A DNA stretch of 62,223 nt, filler included, from an uncultured bacterium (GTDB lineage Bacteria > CAZSTA01), in assembly GCA_964609495.1 (NCBI GenBank). It is 4 parts of 4 records of this genome, joined end to end, with 100 filler letters (N's around TTAATTAATTAA, not from the genome) between each part and the next. Parts side by side here need not be neighbours in the genome. Positions count along the whole stretch, not along the records: positions 1 to 15,927 come from CAZSTA010000074.1; positions 16,028 to 31,660 come from CAZSTA010000075.1; 2 more parts are not named here. One strand, written 5' to 3'. How positions within the stretch are numbered: position 1 is the first letter of the stretch; each line of letters opens with the position of its first letter. Below the pieces are notes generated by a model. It had not been told where the DNA came from. It was given only the letters and a program-made list of their open reading frames with translations, and made no database searches. This document shows, one piece after another, positions 10,133 to 20,459 of the stretch. A program made the position numbers and the translations under genes.

Positions 10133-13100
10133 ATGAGCAAGATAGATTTTGTTCACCTTCATGTTCATACTCAATATAGTCTCCTGGATGGCGCCTGTCG
10201 TCTGGAGGAGTTGATAGATAAAGCCATAGAATATGAGATGCCCGCCCTGGCTATCACTGATCATGGGGTTATGTATGGAGTCATAGATTTTTATAGTATG
10301 GCTAAGAAGAAGGGAATAAAGCCGATCATCGGCTGTGAGGTATATATTGTGCCGGATAGAAACAAGAGAAAAGGAGGGATGAACGAGAATAGATACCATC
10401 TGGTGCTATTATGCGAGAACGAGATCGGATATCGCAATCTATTGAAGTTGGTGACTAAATCCTCCTTAGAGAGCTTCTACTATAAACCTCGAGTTGACAA
10501 GCAATTATTATCCGAATACAGTGAGGGATTGATCGCCTTGAGCAGTTGTATGCAAGGCGAGGTCCCTCAACTTATTTTGAGCAAGAATATGAAGGGGGCT
10601 AAAAAAGCCGCTTTGGAATATCAAGAGATATATGGGAAGGGGAACTTCTTCCTAGAGCTTCAGGGGAATGGTCTGCCCGAGCAAGCCGATCTGAATCGGA
10701 GGTTGGTAGAGCTAGGAACTAAGCTCTCCATCCCCACGGTTGCAACTAACGATGTTCACTATCTGAGGAGGGAGGATAGCAGGGCGCATGATATCCTCCT
10801 CTGCATTCAGACGGGCAGTCATTTGGATGATCCCAATCGCCTTCGCTTTAAATCCGACCAGTTCTATTTCAAATCTCCTCAAGAGATGTTCGAGATATTT
10901 AAGGATATATCCGAAGGGGCGATCGCTAATACGGTTGAGATCGCGAAAAGGTGCAATTTGAAGATCGATTTCGGTGATATCCGCTTGCCCCGCTTCGATC
11001 CTCCTGAGGGGAAAAATATCAACGAGTATTTTCGAGAGCTGTGTGAGGAAGGCTTAAAGAGGCGATACTCTGAGATAACTCCCCAGATAAAAGAGAGATT
11101 AGAGTATGAGTTAAGTATTATCGGGGATATGGGTTATGTTCCTTACTTCCTGATCGTTTGGGATTTTATCCACTATGCCAGAGAAAAGGATATCCCGGTT
11201 GGTCCCGGGCGAGGCTCGGTAGCGGGAAGCTTGGTCTCTTATGCGCTGGGGATAACGAACATCGATCCTCTCAAATATAACTTGATATTCGAGAGATTCC
11301 TAAACCGAGAGAGGGTCGAGATGCCGGATATAGATACCGATATCTGCTTCGAGCGAAGAGGAGAGATAATCGAATACGTCACTAGAAAGTATGGGACAGA
11401 TCGAGTTGCTCAGATCATCACCTTCGGGACTATGGCGGCTCGCGCGGTGATCCGCGATGTTGGACGAGTGCTCTCTGTCCCCTACAAGGAAGTCGATCGC
11501 ATAGCTAAGTTGATCCCCTTCCGACCAGGAGTTAATATCACCATCAAGGATTCCTTAGATAATATTGCCGAATTAAGGGAGCTATATGAAGCGGATGATC
11601 GATATAGAGATCTCATTGATATCGCAATGGTGCTTGAAGGGTTAACGAGGCACGCCTCCACCCATGCTGCAGGAGTGGTCATCTCCCCCGAACCCTTGAC
11701 TAATTACGTTCCCCTCCAGAGAAGCACGGGAGGAGAGGAGGAGATGATAACCCAGGTAACTCAATGGACTATGGAGCCACTCGCCAAGATAGGGCTTCTG
11801 AAGATGGACTTTTTAGGTCTTAAGACCTTGACGGTTATAGCGAACACCGTCCAGCTTATCGAGAAGATTGAAGGCGAGAAAGTTGATATAGATTCGATCC
11901 CTATGGATGATGAGAAGACATTCCAGATGCTTCAGGAGGCGGAGACGACCGCGGTGTTCCAGCTAGAAAGCCCGAGGATGAGGGATATTGTGAGGAAGTT
12001 GAAGCCCACCAGATTTGAGGATCTCATCGCCTTAGTAGCCCTCTATCGCCCAGGGACGATCGGAAGTGGGATGATCGAGGATTTCATCGATCGCAAGCAC
12101 GGCTTGAAGAAGACCACTTATCAATATGGAGAGCTTGAGCCAGTTCTCGATCCCATCTTGAGGGAAACCTACGGAGTAATGGTCTATCAGGAACAGGTTA
12201 TGCAGATCGCGATAGCAATGGCCGGCTACACTATGGGACAGGCGGATGTCCTCCGGAAGGCGATGGGGAAGAAGATATCGGAGATTATGATGCAAGAGCG
12301 CGAATCGTTTGTTCAAGGGGCTATCCAGAGAGGATTTAAGAAGGAGGCGGCGAATTATATCTTCGATCAGATGGCTTATTTTGCTGGATATGGATTTAAT
12401 AAAGGTCATTCGGCAGTGTATGCCTTAATATCTTATCAGACCGCTTATCTAAAGGCTAACTATCCGGTGGAATATATGTCGGCAGTGCTCACCAACGAAA
12501 TGGGTGGAGCTCGTCTTGCCTCCTACATAAATGAATGCCGTCGTCTAGGGATAGATGTACTTCCCCCCGATGTAAATTCTAGCTTTGCTAATTTTACCGT
12601 TGTAGAGGATACCTCTCCCGTTCAAGGGGAGGAGAGGAAAACCAGTCCTAAGAGGACGATAAGATTTGGTTTAGCCGCAGTGAAGAACGTTGGTTTAGCC
12701 GCAGTGGAGGAGATCGTGAGAGCGCGTAAGGAGGGAGAAAAATTCTCCTCCCTCCTTGATTTCCTAACCCGAGTCGATCTTAGATTAGTAAATCGAAGGG
12801 CCGTGGAGAGCTTAATCAAATGCGGGGCTTTCGATTCTCTAGGAGTATATCGCTCTCAACTTCTGGAGATCCTTAATATCGCCCTACAACGCGCTCAGGC
12901 CAAGCAAAGGGATAAGGAGAAGGGACAAACCTCACTCCTCAGCCTCTTAGCGGAAAATACAGGCTTTGTGGAGAAGATAAAAAAGCCTGACATAGATGAA
13001 TTTCCTAGCCACAAATTATTAGCGATGGAAAAGGAACTAATGGGTTTCTATGTAAGTGGACATCCTCTCTCTCATATAGAGGCGGAGCTCAAGCGATTAG

Positions 13101-13618
13101 AGGCAACTCCAATCGAACAACTGATTGAGAAGGAAGACGGGAATGAAGCTACTATTGCTGGAGTGATCGAGTCTATCCGAACCAATCCGACCAGAAGTGG
13201 TTCGATGATGGCTTACGTTGAACTAGAGGATATGACCTCCTCAACCGAGGTTATACTCTTTCCTAATGCTTATTCTAAATACTCCGATCTACTAGAGAAG
13301 GGCCTAGTGATCTTGATCGCAGGCCATATTCAGAGCAATGAGGAGCGCTTCAGCTTCATAGCTGACGAGATCACAACTTCCGATCGTTTGCCCCAACGTA
13401 TGTTTATCGATATCGATGCGGATAGAACCGACGTAGAAGATCTATGTAAATTAAGGGATATACTACTTGAATATGGCGGTTCGAGTCCTGTATTTCTGAA
13501 TATAAAGGAGAATGATAAAGTAACCACTATATCTCTGAATTCACATCTCAATGTTAGGATATGTAAGGAATTAGAGGAAGAGGTTCAGCGTATCTGTCCG
13601 ATAGAAATTAGAGGATAG
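10133..13618 (+). CDS. dnaE: DNA polymerase III alpha subunit
   Basis: FVHLHVHTQYSLLDG (PHP), GPGRGS, MPDIDTD, LLKMDFLGL, YGFNKGH, C-terminal OB fold. Confidence 0.98.
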   Translation: MSKIDFVHLHVHTQYSLLDGACRLEELIDKAIEYEMPALAITDHGVMYGVIDFYSMAKKKGIKPIIGCEVYIVPDRNKRKGGMNENRYHLVLLCENEIGYRNLLKLVTKSSLESFYYKPRVDKQLLSEYSEGLIALSSCMQGEVPQLILSKNMKGAKKAALEYQEIYGKGNFFLELQGNGLPEQADLNRRLVELGTKLSIPTVATNDVHYLRREDSRAHDILLCIQTGSHLDDPNRLRFKSDQFYFKSPQEMFEIFKDISEGAIANTVEIAKRCNLKIDFGDIRLPRFDPPEGKNINEYFRELCEEGLKRRYSEITPQIKERLEYELSIIGDMGYVPYFLIVWDFIHYAREKDIPVGPGRGSVAGSLVSYALGITNIDPLKYNLIFERFLNRERVEMPDIDTDICFERRGEIIEYVTRKYGTDRVAQIITFGTMAARAVIRDVGRVLSVPYKEVDRIAKLIPFRPGVNITIKDSLDNIAELRELYEADDRYRDLIDIAMVLEGLTRHASTHAAGVVISPEPLTNYVPLQRSTGGEEEMITQVTQWTMEPLAKIGLLKMDFLGLKTLTVIANTVQLIEKIEGEKVDIDSIPMDDEKTFQMLQEAETTAVFQLESPRMRDIVRKLKPTRFEDLIALVALYRPGTIGSGMIEDFIDRKHGLKKTTYQYGELEPVLDPILRETYGVMVYQEQVMQIAIAMAGYTMGQADVLRKAMGKKISEIMMQERESFVQGAIQRGFKKEAANYIFDQMAYFAGYGFNKGHSAVYALISYQTAYLKANYPVEYMSAVLTNEMGGARLASYINECRRLGIDVLPPDVNSSFANFTVVEDTSPVQGEERKTSPKRTIRFGLAAVKNVGLAAVEEIVRARKEGEKFSSLLDFLTRVDLRLVNRRAVESLIKCGAFDSLGVYRSQLLEILNIALQRAQAKQRDKEKGQTSLLSLLAENTGFVEKIKKPDIDEFPSHKLLAMEKELMGFYVSGHPLSHIEAELKRLEATPIEQLIEKEDGNEATIAGVIESIRTNPTRSGSMMAYVELEDMTSSTEVILFPNAYSKYSDLLEKGLVILIAGHIQSNEERFSFIADEITTSDRLPQRMFIDIDADRTDVEDLCKLRDILLEYGGSSPVFLNIKENDKVTTISLNSHLNVRICKELEEEVQRICPIEIRG

Positions 13619-13703
13619 AAATTGAGGTTTTCCGATTACCGAAGTTCCCCCTCCCTTGACGGGAGGGGGATTTAAGATAAGTTTAATAGTAGGAGGTGAT
13701 CTT

Positions 13704-14555
13704 ATGTCTCCGCTCAGAAGAAGCGCGGTAGCAGGAAGATTTTACGCGGGAGATGCAGAATCCTTACGAGGACAATTAGAGGGATGTTTTGAACATCGAA
13801 ATGGACCGGGGAGGTTGCCGAAAGTAAATAAGGATGGACCTCGAAGGATCATAGGTATAGTAAGTCCTCACGCCGGATATATGTACTCGGGAATGGTGGC
13901 TGCTCATGGATTCTACAAGCTGGCTCAAGATGGAGTTCCCCAAGTGGCTGTTATCCTTGGACCTAACCATCAGTGGTTGGGGAGCGAGTTAGCGATCTAT
14001 GCTAAAGGCAGATGGGAAACCCCCCTAGGAGTGGTAAAGATCAATGAGAATATTGCGGCGAAGATCTTGGAGAAGACTAACATAGTCCAAGATGACGAAC
14101 GCGCTCATATTACAGAACATTCGCTGGAGGTTCAGCTTCCCTTCCTCCAATATATGTATGGTAATGATATAACCCTTGTGCCGATCTGTATGAGGCATCA
14201 GGGAGCGCAGGAGTGCTCGGAATTGGGAAAGGCGATAGCCGAGGCTATAGAAGGGGAAAATGCGGTGATCATTGCTAGTAGTGACTTTACTCACTATGAA
14301 ACCCAGGCCTCTGCGGAGAAGAAGGATGGGAGAGCGCTGGAGGAGATATTGAATATGAGGCCAGATGGATTGATAAACGTTGCCGCTAAATTCTCCATGT
14401 CTATGTGTGGAGTAGGACCGGTAGCCACTATGCTCTACTCAGCTAAGGAGTTGTCTGCTACGGGAGCGGAATTTCTGAAGTATGCTACCTCTGGAGATAT
14501 AACTGGAGATAGATATCAGGTGGTGGGATACGCATCAGTGGCTGTTAGCAAGTAG
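13704..14555 (+). CDS. amrB: Memo-family protein (AmmeMemoRadiSam protein B)
   Basis: AVAGRFY, SPHAGYMYSG, GPNH, EHSLEVQLPFLQ, ASSDFTHY, YATSGD. Start at ATG 13704 after AGGAGG. Confidence 0.92.
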   Translation: MSPLRRSAVAGRFYAGDAESLRGQLEGCFEHRNGPGRLPKVNKDGPRRIIGIVSPHAGYMYSGMVAAHGFYKLAQDGVPQVAVILGPNHQWLGSELAIYAKGRWETPLGVVKINENIAAKILEKTNIVQDDERAHITEHSLEVQLPFLQYMYGNDITLVPICMRHQGAQECSELGKAIAEAIEGENAVIIASSDFTHYETQASAEKKDGRALEEILNMRPDGLINVAAKFSMSMCGVGPVATMLYSAKELSATGAEFLKYATSGDITGDRYQVVGYASVAVSK

Positions 14556-14798
14556 CTGTCAACCGTCAACTGATTTAGAGGGGGGATCGAGAAGTCGTTT
14601 AAAGTCCCCTTTAGGGTCATAACACCTTAAAATGGAGAGCTAGAATCGGGATATTCTTCATAATATTTCAAAGTGGGAAATATCCCTGATACATAATAAA
14701 GAGAGAGCAGAAAAGGTATATTGGTCAAACCGCAAAATAGTCTATACTTCGTATTTCGGGCAAAAACTTGTAAGAATATAAAGGATTGATCGAATCTC

Positions 14799-15927
14799 AT
14801 GCTGGATAGATTTATCTCCTCTCTCAGGAATAACAAGAGGGATTGGATATATATCACTATAATAGCCGCTATAACAATTATAGTCTATTATAGGAGTATC
14901 AATATCTTCTTCTGGAGTCTTGACGATTTCAGTTTGATAAAGTTCGGCAGAGGGGGCCTTGCTCAATTCAAACATACCTTCCCTGAGGCTGTGGGAGGTG
15001 TGTTCCGTCCTCTAGTGAATTTATCATTTATATTATTCTACAACTTGTTTAAAGCCAATTATGTTTATTATCATATAGCAAGTATAGTTATGCATATAGC
15101 GAACTGTATTTTGGTATATTGCTTGACCATCAAATTTTATGATGATAAAAAGATCGCATTTTTATCAGGAGTATTGTTCTCTCTCCTCTATACCAGATGG
15201 GAAGCAGTTATCCATATCGCTGCTAATGCAACTTTATTTTTAGCCTTTTTCTATCTTCTATCTTTATTATCCTTCATAAAGTATAAGGAGACGGGTTCGA
15301 TTAAATATTACTATACAACCCTTGGTTTATGCATTATTACTCTTTTTACCAAAGAGACGGGTGTAACTCTAATAGTTATGCTATTTCTATATGAACTATA
15401 TTACTCGCTCAAAAATAGGACTAGGTTTAATATTAAGTTTCTTATTCCCTTAGTTATGCTTTGGACTATTTACCTGTCATTTCAGGGATACATCATGCTA
15501 GCTCAGCAATATGTAGTAAGGGAGAAGATATATGCTTTCGGCTGGCATTTCCTAAGTAATTATGGGAAAGGTATATTTTCAAGATTAATCCTCGGATCTT
15601 TACCATTTGTTTACGTTATTAGGAGATTATTTGATAGTGCTCGGGACAGTGTTAGCGGAATTATCATAGCAATTGCTGTAATCCTTGCTATAGTGGGGTT
15701 AAAAAGCAACTTTATTTCCTTCTTCAGAAAGATGTTCTCCTCTCTAAAGGAACACCTATATGAAACTATATTCTTTATCCTGTTTATGCTTATATACTAT
15801 TTCCCCCTCTCTTTCTTTCTAAGGGAAGGCTGGGCTTATCCATCTAGATATTTATATGGAGCTTCCATAGGATTCTCAATAATCTTAGGTTATATCCTGA
15901 TGGAGGTGTATAACTTCTCTTCTGATA
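14799..15927 (+). CDS. GT-C-like membrane protein (3' truncated by contig end)
   Basis: LDDF, FRPL, YHIASIVMHIAN, TKE motifs; multi-TM; AT-rich. Confidence 0.65.
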
Positions 15928-16027
15928 NNNNNNNNNNNNNNNNNNNNNNNNNNNNNNNNNNNNNNNNNNNNTTAATTAATTAANNNNNNNNNNNNNNNNN
16001 NNNNNNNNNNNNNNNNNNNNNNNNNNN
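15928..16027. other. Artificial contig linker N44-TTAATTAATTAA-N44
   Basis: Six-frame stop linker flanked by Ns. Confidence 0.97.
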
Positions 16028-16701
16028 CGAAGAAGGACATCCAATCCTTTTCTGTGAACTAATCTCCCGCAAAAGATAGCGATCTTACCGGAGGGCAAAT
16101 TCAACTCCCTCCGTATCTCTTCCTTGCGATGAATATTTACCGGCGATAATCTCTTCGTATCTACACTATTGGGGATAGATGCGATTCTGTCTGAGGGAAC
16201 ATTACAGCTCAATAATTCTTCCTTTATCTCCTCACTAATGCTTATAAACATTATATCTTTGAGCAAAAATGACTTTATGTTCTTCAAAACGAAATTATTA
16301 TATTTTTTAATTAAAATTTTTGCCTCTCCAGCAGTAGTAAGTTTAACTAATACCTTTTTCTTCAATATCTTAGCCGCCAAAAGGGATGGTATCCAGTATA
16401 GTCCTACTCCATGAAGATGTATAATATCATACTCTCTTCTCCTCTTTAAAAGCGATATAAATAGGTTAAAAGCAAAGGCTATTTTATAGCTCTTACTTAT
16501 CTTACCTGGAGGACCTAGCCTATATATTCTGATCTTACCCAGGCTATCCTTCGCCTTCCAATCTCGAGAGAATCTTCTTGTCAAGATAAATAAATCTATG
16601 CCTTTGGCAAGCAGATTATCGGAGAGCATCTTCAGTTGTATTTCCGCTCCTCCATAGATCGGATAGAATCTCTCGCTTATCATACATATTCTTGGTTTCA
16701 T
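16028..16701 (-). CDS. GT4 glycosyltransferase (3' truncated)
   Basis: FYPIYGGAE, IPNSVD, GRLVHRKG. Confidence 0.85.
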
Positions 16702-16748
16702 ACTGCTATAGTTTCTTCCACGATTGTTCAACACTACCTAATACTTAG

Positions 16749-16777
16749 ATTATACTGAAATTGAATTTTATAGTCAA
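16749..16777 (-). promoter_or_regulatory. Sigma70 promoter of GT4 gene
   Basis: TTGACT-N17-TATAAT on the minus strand. Confidence 0.7.
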
Positions 16778-16872
16778 GCTACTCGCCTAATAATCTTTTT
16801 CACAGATAAGAAAAGAGCGACAAGATACTTTCCCGTCCCTCTTAGGCTAGAATGACTTCCTCTCGCTCTTTG

Positions 16873-16900
16873 TTATACCCAAGCTTAGGAGATCTTAGAC
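16873..16900 (-). promoter_or_regulatory. SigB-like promoter GTCTAA-N14-GGGTATAA
   Basis: Same boxes and spacing as 551-578. Confidence 0.6.
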
Positions 16901-16958
16901 ACCTACTTTTAAAATTTTTGATTATTCAATTGCGACTAATTATACCCAATATGTTTTT

Positions 16959-18209
16959 TTATGCTCTTTTCTCCTCCCACCTTTTAATCAAATATCCTTT
17001 TTCTTTCTCATAGACTTGAGCTAAATGATCGATAATCTTCTCCGCCTCAGCACTGGACATATCCTTTGTTTGAACGACAAAGGAAGCGGTCCGCCCAAAA
17101 TAGACGGGGATCATAGAATCGACCACCTCATCGGGATTATGATCTCCGAAGTTATATTCTACCGCAAAGTCAAAGACTGTCCTCACCCATAGCTCTGGGG
17201 GTAGAGAAAAGCTATCCTGTGGCGACTCAGCAGATTTGGTCAATCCTGCGAATGTCTCTTCCGATAGAAAATCCTTCCAAAATAGACCGAACTCCTCGAA
17301 TCCCTCTTTGAAACAATCTACTAGAGCCTTTAAGTTGACGTTAACCGGCTCCGGCGGAAGCAGTTTCTCCGGCCCGTATCTTTTCACCACCTCACTTCCC
17401 TTGATATCCCTCCAATTATCCTCGTATATCTTCATCATCCGCCAGACGGATCCTACTACTTGTCTGAACATTGGCCCTAGGGTAGCAGCAGGATCCTTAG
17501 CATCGTGTATCTTAGCTCCCAAGTTAGCTTGACACACTTTGAACCCCTCATTGATCGCCACAGTGGTCATAAATATATCTATCCCAAATCTAGCTACATC
17601 CGTCTCCCAAACGTCCATGTTCAGATAGTGGTCGCACAACTCGGCAGAGAATCCGAAATCCCCTCCTATCGGCTGACGGATCCGCTTGCCATAAAGCGCC
17701 CTAGTCAGAGGGTAGGCGATGCTGTTGGTTATAGTGCCATCATACTTATGGCGAGAATACCAAGGAGTAACATATCCGAAACCCTCTTTGACAATGGGTT
17801 CAGCTAATAGCTTGATCCATTCAGGAGTAATGCTCCTCAGATCGGAATCGACCACTACGCAGACTTTGACTCCCAAAGCTCTGGCGATCTCGAATATCGC
17901 TCTGAAGGAACTACCCTTCCCAGGAATACCCTGATAAACAGTAACTATCTTCTCTACTTCAGGAGAAGTTTTGGTTTCCATAACTACTTCTCTGGTATTA
18001 TCGGAGGATCCCCCATCGGAATTTATCAATATCGGCCTCATCTCCGGAAAGTATTTTATCATCCCTTCCGCCGCTTGTTTCACCACATAACCGATAGTGC
18101 TTTCATTATTGAAGCTGGGGATTCCTACTAGAATATCAGCTTGGCCGATCTCCTCGATTCGTCTCTTAGCCTCATTCGACAATGCGGTTTCGTATCTCAC
18201 CTCTCTCAT
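16959..18209 (-). CDS. Glucosylglycerate/mannosylglycerate synthase-like glycosyltransferase
   Basis: ILVGIPSFNNE, PGKGS, VDSDLRSITPEW, RHKYDGTITN, RIRQPIGGDFG, HDAKDP resemble single-step Ggs/Mgs enzymes. Confidence 0.75.
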   Translation of the reverse strand: MREVRYETALSNEAKRRIEEIGQADILVGIPSFNNESTIGYVVKQAAEGMIKYFPEMRPILINSDGGSSDNTREVVMETKTSPEVEKIVTVYQGIPGKGSSFRAIFEIARALGVKVCVVVDSDLRSITPEWIKLLAEPIVKEGFGYVTPWYSRHKYDGTITNSIAYPLTRALYGKRIRQPIGGDFGFSAELCDHYLNMDVWETDVARFGIDIFMTTVAINEGFKVCQANLGAKIHDAKDPAATLGPMFRQVVGSVWRMMKIYEDNWRDIKGSEVVKRYGPEKLLPPEPVNVNLKALVDCFKEGFEEFGLFWKDFLSEETFAGLTKSAESPQDSFSLPPELWVRTVFDFAVEYNFGDHNPDEVVDSMIPVYFGRTASFVVQTKDMSSAEAEKIIDHLAQVYEKEKGYLIKRWEEKRA

Positions 18210-18232
18210 TATCTTCCTCCAAATCCTTCTGA

Positions 18233-18450
18233 TTGGTTATACTTCAAGTTTTTCACTAAGGGATTCAAGATATGATTTCCCCCTCACCCTAGCCCTCTCC
18301 CACGAGGGGAGAGGGAACATCGAGATGAGCTGATCTCTTCAGTTCCCCCTCCCTTGATGGGAGGGGGTTAGGGGGAGGGTGGTTTAAGGTAGATTCGAGA
18401 TCTAACAGGGGAAGAATCTTCAATAGTCCTATTAATATTTCAAAAACCAA
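18233..18450. mobile_element. Family D MITE-like element with double GC-hairpin core
   Basis: TTGGTT...AACCAA ends; hairpins CCCTCTCCC-acgag-GGGAGAGGG-type and CCCCTCCC-ttgat-GGGAGGGG; homologous to 47190-47508. Confidence 0.7.
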
Positions 18451-18477
18451 AATAAAACGATAAGAATGTGGTAACGA

Positions 18478-19596
18478 CTACCTTCTCAAGATAGCCTTCT
18501 CCGTATCCTTATCGAAGAAATATATATTTTCTGGCTTCATAGTCCATCTCATCTGACTTCCTGGCGATACCTCCGTCTCAGGGTCGATCCTAGCTATGAT
18601 CTCATCATCTCCGCTCTGAAGATATAGGTAGGAGGTATGACCTAGCGGCTCGATAAGATTCACCTTGGCGGAGAAAGAAAGATTGGGATCGATCTCTCCT
18701 CCAGTGCCACCGACATCTATCAAGTCTTCTGGCCTTATGCCTAGAATAACCTCTTGGTCTTGATACATAGCCAAACTGGCTGATAATCTCTCTGGAGGTC
18801 TTAGATCGAAGCCAGAGGTCTTAGAATGCAAACCGTCCCTCCTCATCTCCAAAAGGCACTTCAGGAAGTTCATCGAGGGACTTCCTATAAATCCCGCCAC
18901 GAACTTATTCACGGGATTATCATATACCTCCTGTGGGGTCCCCACCTGTTGGATAGCCCCATCCTTCATAATCGCCAACCTAGTCGCCATCGTCATCGCC
19001 TCGATCTGATCGTGGGTGACATAGATAGTGGTCGCCCCTAATCTCGCCTGTAACTTGCTCAACTCGGCTCTCATATGGACTCTCAACTTAGCATCCAAAT
19101 TGCTCAACGGCTCATCGAAGAGGAAAGCTTTAGGGTCCTTCACAATCGATCTTCCCACCGCAACCCGTTGCCTCTGACCTCCTGATAGCTCTCTCGGCTT
19201 TCTCTCGAGAAGGTTGGCTATATCTAGAATCTCAGTCGCTTCCTTTACTCTCCTCTCTATCTCCTCCTTCGAGAGATCCATCTTTCTTAGAGGAAAGGCT
19301 ATGTTGTTGAAGACATTCATATGAGGATATAACGCATAGCTTTGAAAGACCATAGTTAGACCTCTCCTCTGAGGTTCTACATAGGTCACCTTTTCCTCTC
19401 CGATGTAAATGTCCCCTCTGGTAGGGGACTCCAAACCAGCGATCATCCTCAAAGTAGTGGACTTCCCACATCCCGAAGGACCCACTAAGATGAGGAATTC
19501 GCCAGCCTCGATCTCCAACGTAAGATCATCTACCGCTGGCTTATCACTCCCCCTAAAGATCTTCGTTACATGCTCTAATCTAATGGGGTAGGCCAT
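18478..19596 (-). CDS. Sugar ABC transporter ATPase (MalK/UgpC family)
   Basis: GPSGCGKST, LSGGQRQR, FDEPLSNLDAKLR, TOBE domain. Confidence 0.95.
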   Translation of the reverse strand: MAYPIRLEHVTKIFRGSDKPAVDDLTLEIEAGEFLILVGPSGCGKSTTLRMIAGLESPTRGDIYIGEEKVTYVEPQRRGLTMVFQSYALYPHMNVFNNIAFPLRKMDLSKEEIERRVKEATEILDIANLLERKPRELSGGQRQRVAVGRSIVKDPKAFLFDEPLSNLDAKLRVHMRAELSKLQARLGATTIYVTHDQIEAMTMATRLAIMKDGAIQQVGTPQEVYDNPVNKFVAGFIGSPSMNFLKCLLEMRRDGLHSKTSGFDLRPPERLSASLAMYQDQEVILGIRPEDLIDVGGTGGEIDPNLSFSAKVNLIEPLGHTSYLYLQSGDDEIIARIDPETEVSPGSQMRWTMKPENIYFFDKDTEKAILRR

Positions 19597-19601
19597 CTCT
19601 C

Positions 19602-20459
19602 TTACTCCTTTACCGCGCCAAAGGTTAGACCCTGCACCATAAATTTCTCTAGATAGAGGAAGAGGATTATAACTGGCACTGCGGTCAATAGGGAGGCGGA
19701 CATAATCCTTCCCCAGATATAGTGGCGAGTATGGAAGAGTTCGGACAACCCTCTCGGCAGAGTGAATTTTTCGGGGCTATTCAGGAAGACTAGAGCGAAA
19801 AGGTATTCGTTCCAAGCGATCATAAAGGCATAGATAAAGACCGCAACTATCGCTGGAGCTGAGAGGGGAAGAACTATCTTCCAGATAACCTCGAGGCGAG
19901 AGTAACCGTCCATAATAGCGGCCTCCTCGATCTCCTGGGGAATGCTTCGGAAGTAGTTACCCAACATATAAAGGGAAACAGGAAGGGTGAAGACCAAATA
20001 GGTTATGATGAGGATCATTCGGGTATCGATAAGATTGATCCCCGAGATCCTACGAAAGCCGATCACCATCTGAAAGAAGGGAATGACTAGGAGGATACCA
20101 CCGAACATATATACCAAAAGCACACTCCTTTGGATCAACTCTCGACCGGGATAGCGGAGCCTGGCAAAGCTATAGGCGCCTAAGGTGGCGATCAAGACCG
20201 CGAAGCCCGCCGCACAAAGGGATACGATCATACTATTTATGAAGTATCTAATAAATGGAAATATCTCAGGATCTAAGACCCCTAGATAATGCTCAAAAGT
20301 TATATTCCTCGGGATAATAGTGGGAGGATATAGAGTAGCGACCCCTTCGGGCTTCAAAGATACCGAGAGCATCATAATAAAGGGGAAAAGACAGATGAAG
20401 AGGATGATAATTACCAGGAGGAAAAATAATATTCTGCTTCTTGCTAATCTATCTACCAT
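19602..20459 (-). CDS. Carbohydrate ABC permease (YcjP-like)
   Basis: EEAAIMDG loop; IFPFIRYF and VYMFGGILLVIP recall E. coli YcjP. Confidence 0.9.
   Translation of the reverse strand: MVDRLARSRILFFLLVIIILFICLFPFIMMLSVSLKPEGVATLYPPTIIPRNITFEHYLGVLDPEIFPFIRYFINSMIVSLCAAGFAVLIATLGAYSFARLRYPGRELIQRSVLLVYMFGGILLVIPFFQMVIGFRRISGINLIDTRMILIITYLVFTLPVSLYMLGNYFRSIPQEIEEAAIMDGYSRLEVIWKIVLPLSAPAIVAVFIYAFMIAWNEYLFALVFLNSPEKFTLPRGLSELFHTRHYIWGRIMSASLLTAVPVIILFLYLEKFMVQGLTFGAVKE

Noticed and set aside
12666-12706. 17-bp direct repeat TTGGTTTAGCCGCAGTG in dnaE
   Set aside because: Encodes GLAAV twice within the normal FGLxAxKNVG motif region; frame intact, no insertion or intein evident.
15972-15983. TTAATTAATTAA palindrome repeated three times
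   Set aside because: Synthetic six-frame stop linker within N runs.
16776-16788. ops/JUMPstart-like GGCGAGTAGC before the GT4 gene
   Set aside because: Does not match GGCGGTAG and lies upstream of the sigma70 -35 box.
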